Shown here: positions 9,447 through 17,928 of the stretch, piece by piece
How the letters are laid out: every line of letters begins with the position of its first letter
How positions within the stretch are numbered: the first letter of the stretch is position 1
NCBI GenBank assembly: GCA_018662905.1
Contig: JABJFE010000105.1
Coordinates: 1-39,291 of the forward strand
DNA: 39,291 bases
Reading direction: 5' to 3'
Source of the DNA: Flavobacteriaceae bacterium
GTDB taxonomy: Bacteria; Bacteroidota; Bacteroidia; Flavobacteriales; Flavobacteriaceae
Made by a program: the position numbers and the translations under genes
The notes under the pieces: model-generated
Databases searched by the model: none
Told to the model about the DNA's origin: nothing
The model's input: the letters and a program-made list of their open reading frames with translations, nothing else

Positions 9447-10322
9447 ATGAAAATAATAGACGGAAAAGAAATTTCAAATCAAATAAAACAGGAAATTAAA
9501 AATGAGGTAGATACTATAATTTCCAAAGGAATTAGACCTCCACATTTAGCAGCAGTAATTGTTGGTGAAGATGGTGCTAGTTTAACTTATGTTGGTAGTA
9601 AAGTAAGATCATGCAAGCAAGTTGGTTTTGAATCAACTTTAATAAAACTTGATTCATCAATTAGTGAAGACAAACTTATTGATCAAATTAATTTGTTAAA
9701 TAATGATAAAGAAATTGATGGTTTTATTGTTCAATTACCATTGCCAAATCATATTAATGAAGAGAGAATATTAATGTCGATTGATCCCAACAAAGATGTT
9801 GATGGTTTTCATCCTACCAATTTTGGTAAAATGGCGTTAAATATGGAAACTTTTATACCGGCCACACCTTTTGGAATTATGGAACTTCTAAGAAGATATG
9901 AAATAGAAACATCAGGAAAACATACAGTTGTAATTGGAAGAAGTCATATAGTTGGAAGACCAATTAGTATATTAATGAACAGTAAAGGAAAAGCGGGAGA
10001 TTCTACTGTAACAGTCGTACATAGTAGAACATTGAATTTGGAAAGTTATACTAAAAATGCAGATATTATAGTTTCAGCACTCGGAATACCAGAATTTGTC
10101 AAAAGCAATATGGTTAAGGATGGTGTAGTAATAATTGATGTTGGAATAACAAGAGTTAAAGATGAAAATTCTAAAAAGGGTTATGTAATAAAAGGAGATG
10201 TAGATTTTGAATCTGTTAAATCAAAAGCTAGTTTTATTACTCCAGTCCCTGGTGGAGTTGGTCCAATGACAATTGCAATGTTGTTAAAAAACACTTTACT
10301 TTCTAGAAAAATACCTAATTAG
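9447..10322 (+). CDS. folD: Bifunctional 5,10-methylene-THF dehydrogenase / methenyl-THF cyclohydrolase
   Basis: GRSHIVGRP, PVPGGVGPMTIAMLL and LAAVIVGEDGASLTYV are typical FolD motifs; 291 aa. Confidence 0.95.
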   Translation: MKIIDGKEISNQIKQEIKNEVDTIISKGIRPPHLAAVIVGEDGASLTYVGSKVRSCKQVGFESTLIKLDSSISEDKLIDQINLLNNDKEIDGFIVQLPLPNHINEERILMSIDPNKDVDGFHPTNFGKMALNMETFIPATPFGIMELLRRYEIETSGKHTVVIGRSHIVGRPISILMNSKGKAGDSTVTVVHSRTLNLESYTKNADIIVSALGIPEFVKSNMVKDGVVIIDVGITRVKDENSKKGYVIKGDVDFESVKSKASFITPVPGGVGPMTIAMLLKNTLLSRKIPN

Positions 10323-10734
10323 CAAATATTTGACTAGGATCTTTAAATGATTTAAATTCTAGGGCATTTCCAGATGGATCTTTAAAGAACATTGTAGCTT
10401 GTTCACCTGTCAGACCTTTAAATCTTACATAGGGCTCTATTATAAATTCAATCTTTCTTTTTTTAAGTTTTTCAGCAAATTCTTTAAATACTTTCCATTC
10501 TAGGACAACTCCAAAATGAGGAATTGGTACATTTTTTCCATCAACAGGATTAGAATTTTCTTTATTAATATTATCATCTAAATGAATCACAAGTTGATGC
10601 CCAAAAAAGTTAAAATCAACCCAATGGTCACTGCTTCTTCCTTCTGAACATTCTAAAATATCTTTATAAAAAGCTCTATTTTTTTCAAGATTACTTACAG
10701 GAATTGCCAGATGAAAAGGAGATAGTTTGTTCAT
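10315..10734 (-). CDS. VOC-family (glyoxalase/bleomycin-resistance/dioxygenase fold) protein
   Basis: N-terminal FHLAIPV, mid HFGVVL and C-terminal FKDPSGNALEFK match the paired beta-alpha-beta-beta-beta module pattern; 139 aa. Confidence 0.7.
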   Translation of the reverse strand: MNKLSPFHLAIPVSNLEKNRAFYKDILECSEGRSSDHWVDFNFFGHQLVIHLDDNINKENSNPVDGKNVPIPHFGVVLEWKVFKEFAEKLKKRKIEFIIEPYVRFKGLTGEQATMFFKDPSGNALEFKSFKDPSQIFAN

Positions 10735-10744
10735 ATTTTATTTT

Positions 10745-11290
10745 TTAATTCCATCCGATCATAAATCTTTTTATTTTACTATCAGGCGGAATATTAATGG
10801 TTTTAATTATTTTTTCTGTACCGAGTCTTAATTCAATTGGTAAATTTTGTTTGTCAATAATAAAGTAAGCATCAATATCGTCAACATAAATGATTAAATT
10901 ATTAATAGTATTTTGAATAGAATTTATTTTATGATTTTTTTCAATCATCTCAAACTTACTTTTAGTACTTACACCCTTATTTGTTTTGTAAAGATCACTA
11001 ACTATTTCAATAGTTTCAATAGTTTCATCGTTATCATGTTGGTTTCTTGGAGTTATGGTAAGTAAGTGATTTTTATTGATATCAAAAATTAAATATTTGT
11101 CATCTCCAGAAAACATGTAATCTCCTTCACCAATTCTTTTTACAATAGAATCATTTCTGAAAATTGAATCAAGTTGCTGAATTTTAATCTCTTTATTTAG
11201 TTTACCAACTTTACCTTTCTCAATTTTATATTCAGTATTTGAACATCCAATACTAAGAATTGTTAATGTTATTATCAGATATTTATTCAT
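10745..11290 (-). CDS. Putative lipoprotein, function unknown
   Basis: N-terminal signal peptide MNKYLIITLTILSIGC with a lipobox-like Cys16. The rest is hydrophilic. Only 10 nt upstream of the VOC gene, so probably co-transcribed. Confidence 0.6.
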   Translation of the reverse strand: MNKYLIITLTILSIGCSNTEYKIEKGKVGKLNKEIKIQQLDSIFRNDSIVKRIGEGDYMFSGDDKYLIFDINKNHLLTITPRNQHDNDETIETIEIVSDLYKTNKGVSTKSKFEMIEKNHKINSIQNTINNLIIYVDDIDAYFIIDKQNLPIELRLGTEKIIKTINIPPDSKIKRFMIGWN

Positions 11291-11347
11291 TTTATATAAT
11301 TTTAATAAATGTAATAATTACTTTAAATACTAATTGATTTTATCTTA

Positions 11348-11355
11348 TATATTTG
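11348..11355 (+). promoter_or_regulatory. Candidate -7 box (TAtaTTTG) for queE
   Basis: tatatttg is an exact TAnnTTTG match. Its G lies only 4 nt before the GTG at 11360. Confidence 0.45.
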
Positions 11356-11359
11356 CCAA

Positions 11360-11992
11360 GTGAAATCTAAAAACCAAAAAGAATTAATTGATAAGGGACT
11401 TCTTCTTCCTTTGATGGAATCATTTTATACTATACAAGGAGAAGGGTATCATAAAGGTTCTGCTGCTTTTTTCATTAGATTAGGTGGTTGTGATGTCGGT
11501 TGTCATTGGTGTGACGTTAAAGAAAGTTGGGATCCTGATATTCATCCTCCTACCAAAATCACGGATATTGTAATAAATGTCAAGAAGAGTTCTGATATTG
11601 TAGTTATCACAGGTGGTGAGCCTTTAATGTGGGATATGAATCCTGTAACTAAACTTTTAAATGAAAATAATATTAAAACTCATATTGAAACTTCTGGTGC
11701 ATATAAATTTTCTGGAAATTGGGATTGGATTTGTCTAAGTCCAAAAAAAAATAAAAATCCTCTTGATGAAATATATTTAAAAGCAAATGAACTAAAAATG
11801 ATAGTTTATAATTTAGACGACTTAAAATTTGCTGAAATTGAATCTAGAAAAGTTTCTAATAATTGTATACTATATCTACAGCCTGAGTGGAGTAAACGAG
11901 AAAAAATCATGCCTATTATTGTAGATTATGTAATGAAAAATCCTAAATGGAAAGTATCTTTACAAACTCATAAATATTTAAATATTCCTTAG
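11360..11992 (+). CDS. queE: 7-carboxy-7-deazaguanine synthase (radical SAM, queuosine pathway)
   Basis: MESFYTIQGEG followed by the Cx3Cx2C cluster (GGCDVGCHWCD). The ~200 aa size is typical of QueE. Start is uncertain: GTG 11360 (keeps a KGLLLPLME segment that I recall as conserved in flavobacterial QueE) or ATG 11414. Confidence 0.88.
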   Translation: MKSKNQKELIDKGLLLPLMESFYTIQGEGYHKGSAAFFIRLGGCDVGCHWCDVKESWDPDIHPPTKITDIVINVKKSSDIVVITGGEPLMWDMNPVTKLLNENNIKTHIETSGAYKFSGNWDWICLSPKKNKNPLDEIYLKANELKMIVYNLDDLKFAEIESRKVSNNCILYLQPEWSKREKIMPIIVDYVMKNPKWKVSLQTHKYLNIP

Positions 11993-13179
11993 TCATATAG
12001 TAAGTATTTTGCTCTTATTTTATTAAATTTTTCCAATCCGTTTTTCCAGCTTTTTTTAATTTGTAATTCATTTTCGCCTTTGATTATTTGTTTCTTTAAA
12101 TCATAAGTCCCTGCAAGTTTGTCAAAGCTTTTACCAAAAAAAGAAATTTTATCTTCTGAGTTTTGATAGGCTTTTATTATCCATTTTAAGTTTATTGAAT
12201 TTAATCTTGGATTATTTCTTAAATCAATACCATAACATTTAGAATTAAGATGTTTTGGATTTTTTGCGCCTGGCATTGAAATAGGAGTAAAAGTAAAGTT
12301 ATAGTTCTGCCAATTTGGATTTCCGATTACTTGAAACTGTGAAATTGTTCCTCTTCCAATACTAACATTGGTTCCTTCAAACAAACAAAGGCTAGGATAA
12401 AGATTAATTGATTTTTTATTTGGAAGGTTAGGTGAAGGCTTTATGGGAAGATCATAAATCAAATTTCGATTATATTTTTGCATTTGAACTATTTTTAAAT
12501 CAGATTTAACTTTATTAGCTAACCAACCTTCACCATTAATCATTAATGCATATTCTCCAATAGTCATTCCATGAACTATTGGGACTGGATGCATTCCAAT
12601 AAAGCTTTTTAAATTCAATTCTCTAACTGGTCCATCAACATAATGCCCATTTGGATTAGGTCTGTCCAAGACTATTAATTTAATATTATTTTCAGCTGCA
12701 GCTTCCATAACATAGTGTAAAGTTGATATATAAGTATAAAACCTTGCACCTACATCCTGAATATCAAACACTAGGACATCAATTCCCTTGAGTTGTTTAT
12801 TTGTTGGTTTTTTATTTTTTCCATACAATGAAATTATTTCAATTCCTGTTTTTGGATCAATATTATTATTAATTTTTTCACCCGCATCAGCTTCTCCTCT
12901 AAACCCATGTTCAGGTGAAAAAATTTTTTTAATGTCAATTTTTAGAGAAATTAATGAATCAACTAAGTGAACGTATTTTTTATTTTTGGAAAGTATCAAT
13001 GATGTATGATTTCCAACTACTCCAACTTTCAGATTAGTTAAATCTTCTACATAGTTTTTAGTTTCAGTTGCGCCAATGCTAATGTAGTTAACAGATTGAG
13101 AAAAAGAAAAGTTACTTAATATGTTAAATATTAAAAAAAAGGTAATTTTATATATTACTAAATTTAATTTCATAAACAT
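11989..13179 (-). CDS. DUF1343 / NamZ-family exo-beta-N-acetylmuramidase-like protein, secreted
   Basis: GVVGNHTS...FSPEHGFRG...FDIQDVGARFYTYISTL...VLDRPNP pattern is typical of DUF1343 (YzbB/NamZ). N-terminal signal peptide present. Start ATG is 13179 or 13173. Confidence 0.8.
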   Translation of the reverse strand: MFMKLNLVIYKITFFLIFNILSNFSFSQSVNYISIGATETKNYVEDLTNLKVGVVGNHTSLILSKNKKYVHLVDSLISLKIDIKKIFSPEHGFRGEADAGEKINNNIDPKTGIEIISLYGKNKKPTNKQLKGIDVLVFDIQDVGARFYTYISTLHYVMEAAAENNIKLIVLDRPNPNGHYVDGPVRELNLKSFIGMHPVPIVHGMTIGEYALMINGEGWLANKVKSDLKIVQMQKYNRNLIYDLPIKPSPNLPNKKSINLYPSLCLFEGTNVSIGRGTISQFQVIGNPNWQNYNFTFTPISMPGAKNPKHLNSKCYGIDLRNNPRLNSINLKWIIKAYQNSEDKISFFGKSFDKLAGTYDLKKQIIKGENELQIKKSWKNGLEKFNKIRAKYLLYD

Positions 13180-14410
13180 GAGTTTTGAATCTTATGTGGC
13201 TAAAAGATTGGTAAAATCAAAGCCATATAAAAATACCGTTTCATCTCCAATAATAAAAATATCAATTTTGTCAATTGTTATTGGTATAGTGATGATGATC
13301 ATTTCAATTTCATCGAGCGTTGGATTACAAAAAACAATAGAATCTAAAGTTTCTTCATTTTTTGGTCACATATCAATATCAAATTTTGAAAATAATTCAT
13401 CTTTTTCCTCATTAAACCCTTTTGTTAATGATTTTGATTATAATTTATTACAAAGTAATGATAAGATTAAATACTTTCAAAAAGTAGCTTATAAATCAGG
13501 CTTAATTATAAAATCAAATAACTTTGAAGGTGTTGTTTTGAAAGGAGTAACTTCAAAATTTAATTGGGAGGATTTTTCAAAATATATAACTAGCGGTAGA
13601 GTTATATCTTTAAATTCTAATATTTCTAATGAAGTAATAATATCAGAAATTCTATCAAATAAACTATTAATAAATTTAGGTGATAAATTTAAAGCAACTT
13701 TTTTTAAATCAAATTCTCTTTCAATTCCAAACGAAAGAATTTTTAAAGTTGTGGGTATTTATAATTCTGGACTTATTGAATTTGATCAATTATATTTTTT
13801 TGGAGATATAAGGCATATTCAAAAAATGAATAAATGGAATATCGGTGATGCTGGAGGTATTGAAATATTTCTGAATAAATATTCTCATACAAATGAAGTT
13901 TCTATTGATTTATATAATCAAACCCAGGCTGAAATTAGTGTAATGTCAATTAATGAAAGGTTTCCCGAAATTTTTAATTGGATGTCTTTATTTGACTTTA
14001 ATGTATTATTAATTATTATAATTATGATACTCGTTGGCGGGATTAATATGATTACAGCCTTATTAGTGACGGTTTTAGAAAAAACAACATTTATAGGAAT
14101 TTTAAAAACAGTTGGAGCATCTAATAAATCAATCAGATCTATATTTTTAATTAATGGTGCATATTTAATTGGTTTAGGCTTATTAATTGGAAATGTTATT
14201 GGCTTAGGTTTGATTTTTTTTCAGAACGCGACTGGATTTATAAAATTAGATCCACAAACTTATTATGTTTCTGAGTTTCCTTTTGATTTTAATTTTATGT
14301 CACTTATTATATTAAATTTTGGAGTTTTGTTTTTTTGTTTTCTTATGTTAATAATTCCATCCTACATTATTACTAGAATTTCTCCAACCAAATCTATAAG
14401 AATTAAATAA
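13178..14410 (+). CDS. FtsX/MacB-type ABC transporter permease (LolC/LolE-like)
   Basis: From ATG 13178 the N-terminus MSFESYVAKRLVKSK matches LolE-like starts. Topology is TM1, a large periplasmic loop, then three C-terminal TMs containing LEKTTFIGILKTVGASNKSIRSIF. The upstream extension to 13121 lies inside the opposing gene. No ATPase partner is adjacent. Confidence 0.82.
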   Translation: MSFESYVAKRLVKSKPYKNTVSSPIIKISILSIVIGIVMMIISISSSVGLQKTIESKVSSFFGHISISNFENNSSFSSLNPFVNDFDYNLLQSNDKIKYFQKVAYKSGLIIKSNNFEGVVLKGVTSKFNWEDFSKYITSGRVISLNSNISNEVIISEILSNKLLINLGDKFKATFFKSNSLSIPNERIFKVVGIYNSGLIEFDQLYFFGDIRHIQKMNKWNIGDAGGIEIFLNKYSHTNEVSIDLYNQTQAEISVMSINERFPEIFNWMSLFDFNVLLIIIIMILVGGINMITALLVTVLEKTTFIGILKTVGASNKSIRSIFLINGAYLIGLGLLIGNVIGLGLIFFQNATGFIKLDPQTYYVSEFPFDFNFMSLIILNFGVLFFCFLMLIIPSYIITRISPTKSIRIK

Positions 14411-14446
14411 TGAAAATTACAATAACGTAATAAGCTTGTATATTAT

Positions 14447-14454
14447 TATATTTG
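14447..14454 (+). promoter_or_regulatory. Candidate -7 box (TAtaTTTG) for the CysK-like / DpaL-like gene pair
   Basis: tatatttg is an exact match and lies 9 nt before ATG 14464. The track's TTG start (14452) is part of this box. Confidence 0.5.
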
Positions 14455-14463
14455 CAAATCAAT

Positions 14464-15447
14464 ATGAAATATCATAAAAATATACTAGAAACTATAGGTA
14501 ATACTCCTTTAATAAAATTAAATAATCTGACTAAGGAAGTTGATGCACTAGTTTTAGCAAAAGTTGAGTTTTTTAATCCAGGTAGTTCAATTAAAGATAG
14601 AATGGCTTTGAAAATGATTGAAGATGCTGAAAATGACGGTCGTTTGAAACCTGGTTATACCATTGTTGAGGGAACGTCAGGAAATACCGGAATGGGTTTA
14701 GCATTGGCAGCAATAGTAAAGGGTTACAAATTAGTATGTGTTTCTACTGATAAGCAGTCTAAAGAAAAATTTGATGTTTTAAGAGCAGTGGGTGCTAAAG
14801 TTATTGTTTGTCCAGCAAATGTAAAGCCAGAAGATCCTAATTCGTATTATTCTACTTCTAAAAGAATTGGAGAAGAAACTCCAAATTCTTGGTATGTTAA
14901 CCAGTACGACAATCCATCAAATACAATAGCCCATTATGAGACTACGGGACCTGAAATATGGAACCAAACTGATGGTAAAATAACACATTTTGTAGTTGGA
15001 GTTGGAACTGGTGGAACTATTTCTGGGGTTGCAAAATTTTTAAAAGAAAAAAATCCAAAAATTAAAATTTGGGGAATTGACACTTATGGATCTGTATTTA
15101 AAAAATATCATGAAACTGGAATTTTTGATCAGAATGAAATATACCCATATATTACAGAGGGTATTGGAGAAGATATACTTCCTAAAAATGTAAATTTTGA
15201 TATAATTGATGGCTTTGAAAAAGTAACTGATGAAGATGCTGCTATTTATACTCGAAAATTAGCCAAACAAGAAGGGATTTTTGCGGGTAATTCATGTGGA
15301 GCAGCTGTAAAGGGAGTTCTTCAGCTAAAGCATAATTTTAATAAAAACGATGTTGTTGTAGTTTTGTTACATGATTCAGGAAGTAGGTATATTGGAAAAA
15401 TGTATAATGACGAATGGATGAAAAAAAACGGATTTAGTTTAGATTAG
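14464..15447 (+). CDS. PLP-dependent cysteine synthase / cystathionine beta-synthase family enzyme (fold type II)
   Basis: PLP-lysine motif SSIKDR, TSGNTGMGLA loop and GVGTGGTISG glycine loop. ~327 aa with no CBS-pair regulatory domains. Confidence 0.85.
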   Translation: MKYHKNILETIGNTPLIKLNNLTKEVDALVLAKVEFFNPGSSIKDRMALKMIEDAENDGRLKPGYTIVEGTSGNTGMGLALAAIVKGYKLVCVSTDKQSKEKFDVLRAVGAKVIVCPANVKPEDPNSYYSTSKRIGEETPNSWYVNQYDNPSNTIAHYETTGPEIWNQTDGKITHFVVGVGTGGTISGVAKFLKEKNPKIKIWGIDTYGSVFKKYHETGIFDQNEIYPYITEGIGEDILPKNVNFDIIDGFEKVTDEDAAIYTRKLAKQEGIFAGNSCGAAVKGVLQLKHNFNKNDVVVVLLHDSGSRYIGKMYNDEWMKKNGFSLD

Positions 15448-15451
15448 TTTT

Positions 15452-16570
15452 ATGAATGATTTTATTATTAATAATTGTTCAAATTCATTAAATGATAATT
15501 TTTCAAATTCAGTTCTTAAATCAAGTAACTCATTTGAATTCCATACAAATCAGAACTATTATAACAAAACTCCACTTGTTAATTTAGTTTCACTTTCAGA
15601 TCATTTTGGATTGAAAAATATCTTTGTTAAAGATGAATCAAATAGATTTGGTTTAAATTCTTTTAAAGTATTAGGATCAACTTATGCTATACACGAGATT
15701 TTAAAAAACAATCCAAATATTAAAGTTTTTTGTACCGCTACAGATGGTAATCATGGAAAGGGTTTAGCATGGGCAGCTCAAAAATTCAGTAAAAAAGCAA
15801 TTGTTTTTGTTCCAAGAGATACTTCAAAAAACAGAATTAAGGCTATCCAGTTGTATGATGCTATTGTATATCAACTTGATCTAAATTATGAAGAAACCTG
15901 TGTTTATGCCTCCAAAAAGTGTGATGAAAATGGCTGGCAGTTAGTTCAAGATGCTTCATGGGAAAATTATGAAGAAATTCCGTCTCTGATAATGTCTGGT
16001 TATTTAACTCATTTTAAGGAAATTGAGTTTCCAAATAATAAAAATTCTAAATCTAAATTCGATATAATTTTTTTACAATGCGGCGTAGGTAGTTGGCCTT
16101 CCTCATGTATTTGGTATTATTTAAATCATTATAAGGAAAATCGTCCAAAAATAGTTTTGGTTGAACCTGAAGAATCATGTGGTGTTTTTGAATCTTTTAA
16201 AAATGGCAATAGGATATCTCCTAATACTTCATTTAACACTATTATGGCTGGTTTGAACTGTGGAATTCCCTCAAAAAATGCTTGGGAAATTATTAAGAAT
16301 GGATGTGATGCTGTTATTAAGATCTCAGATGAACAAACTAAGAAAGCAATGAAACAATTCTATAATCCCATTGGAAATGATTTGAAAATAATATCAGGTG
16401 AATCTGGAGCAGCAGCATTGGGTGGATTGATTAAAGTTTTAGATTTCGAACAACCTAATGATTTAAAAAAACACCTTAATTTAAATCAAGATTCAAAAAT
16501 TCTTTTGTTTAATACTGAAGGTGATACAGATCCAGATAGTTTTAAAAAAATTGTATCAGAATTTAATTAA
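15452..16570 (+). CDS. Diaminopropionate ammonia-lyase-like PLP enzyme (fold type II)
   Basis: KDESNRFGLNSFKVLGSTYAI closely resembles the PLP-lysine region of enterobacterial DpaL/YgeX as I remember it. ATDGNHGKGLAWAA is also present. 372 aa, 4 nt after the preceding gene. Confidence 0.72.
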   Translation: MNDFIINNCSNSLNDNFSNSVLKSSNSFEFHTNQNYYNKTPLVNLVSLSDHFGLKNIFVKDESNRFGLNSFKVLGSTYAIHEILKNNPNIKVFCTATDGNHGKGLAWAAQKFSKKAIVFVPRDTSKNRIKAIQLYDAIVYQLDLNYEETCVYASKKCDENGWQLVQDASWENYEEIPSLIMSGYLTHFKEIEFPNNKNSKSKFDIIFLQCGVGSWPSSCIWYYLNHYKENRPKIVLVEPEESCGVFESFKNGNRISPNTSFNTIMAGLNCGIPSKNAWEIIKNGCDAVIKISDEQTKKAMKQFYNPIGNDLKIISGESGAAALGGLIKVLDFEQPNDLKKHLNLNQDSKILLFNTEGDTDPDSFKKIVSEFN

Positions 16571-17897
16571 ACACCTCACTTGGAAAGACTATAACGCTTT
16601 CTTGATTATTATTCCCAACGCTAGAAACTCCAAATAAGTAATTGTCTATAACAATTCCTTTTAATGTAAATTGATTAATATTTCCTACAAATCTGCTATT
16701 TTCCCAGTAAGGTGATGTAGTTTCTCTCCAATATATTTTATATCCTAATATTTTTGAGTTTTTTGGTTTTTCCCATTTAAGCTTAGTAGAAGGTTTTACT
16801 GCTCCTCCAATTTTTACATTTTTTGGTTCTTTTGGACTCCAGCCTAAGCTCGCTAAATTTATAGCATTAACTGCTGTTAATTTTTTTGCATATTTAAAAT
16901 TAACTCCAGAAATAACATCACCATATTCGATACTATTTTCAGTTCTAATATCTTGATGTTGTCTATTGTAGTTTTCGTGAGCCTCCATTATTCTTACTCC
17001 AGCATATCCTAAATCATTAAATGGTCTGTGATGACCTCCTCTACCGAATCTATCCAATCTATATATCATCATAGGATTCATTTCTGGCATGTACTTTCTA
17101 ACTGTTTTATGAATATATCTTGCAAGCTGCCTTGAATTCCCATCAACTTCTCCCCCGTAAAATCTTCTCCTTCTGAAAGAAACTTCTGATTCATTAGCTG
17201 GAGTAGGTTCAGAGAATATCCTAAAACTAAAATTATCAATTACTCCATCTACACCCTCTATATTTCCAATCATATCATTATTTAAAATCCCAATAATTTC
17301 CCAATTATTTTTTTTTGCAAAATTAGCTAATCCAGCACCTCCATATAGACCTTGTTCTTCACCAGATAATCCAACGTATATTATACTATTATCAAATTCA
17401 TATTTGCTTAATACTCTTGCTGCTTCAATTACCCCAGCCATTCCAGAAGCATTATCATTTGCACCAGGTGAGAGTGATGTATAGTCATTGGGATCACTGA
17501 CTCTACTATCAATATCACCACTCATAATTATGTATCTATTCGGATTTACTACTCCTCTTTGAATAGCAACTACATTATTAATCCAAACATCTTTGATTAA
17601 TCTTCTTTTATTTTTTATAAAATAATTTTTTTGATAAAAAACCTCTAAGCAATTATTACAATCTGAAGAAATATTTTCAAAAGATTTCTTTATCCATCTT
17701 CTTGCTGCACCAATTCCAGTTGTGACAGATGTAGTGTCGCTTAATGTATGCCTAGTTCCAAATGATACTAGTTTTTTAATATTACTCTCTATTTTATTTT
17801 CCGAAACTGAATCTATAATATTATAGTAATTTTCTTCGCTTTGCGAATAACATAAAGAAGTAAAAATAAAAATAGGTATGAGTTTGAAGTAATTCAT
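16563..17897 (-). CDS. Secreted M28-family metallopeptidase with FN3-like C-terminal domain
   Basis: Signal peptide. M28 ligand contexts GANDNASGMAGVIEAAR, LSGEEQGLYGG and NNDMIGN. C-terminal LKWEKP...GYKIYWRE looks fibronectin-III-like. Confidence 0.8.
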   Translation of the reverse strand: MNYFKLIPIFIFTSLCYSQSEENYYNIIDSVSENKIESNIKKLVSFGTRHTLSDTTSVTTGIGAARRWIKKSFENISSDCNNCLEVFYQKNYFIKNKRRLIKDVWINNVVAIQRGVVNPNRYIIMSGDIDSRVSDPNDYTSLSPGANDNASGMAGVIEAARVLSKYEFDNSIIYVGLSGEEQGLYGGAGLANFAKKNNWEIIGILNNDMIGNIEGVDGVIDNFSFRIFSEPTPANESEVSFRRRRFYGGEVDGNSRQLARYIHKTVRKYMPEMNPMMIYRLDRFGRGGHHRPFNDLGYAGVRIMEAHENYNRQHQDIRTENSIEYGDVISGVNFKYAKKLTAVNAINLASLGWSPKEPKNVKIGGAVKPSTKLKWEKPKNSKILGYKIYWRETTSPYWENSRFVGNINQFTLKGIVIDNYLFGVSSVGNNNQESVIVFPSEVFN

Positions 17898-17928
17898 ACC
17901 TAAATTTAATATAAAAACTTTTAATTTA

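Noticed and set aside
11291-11359. Possible riboswitches or leaders: preQ1 upstream of queE, purine upstream of purL (27490-27595), T-box upstream of argS (6232-6316), and a SAM or cysteine leader upstream of the CysK-like gene.
   Set aside because: The spacers are too short (50-106 nt) and almost pure A/T. I find none of the conserved G/C-containing cores of these RNA families.
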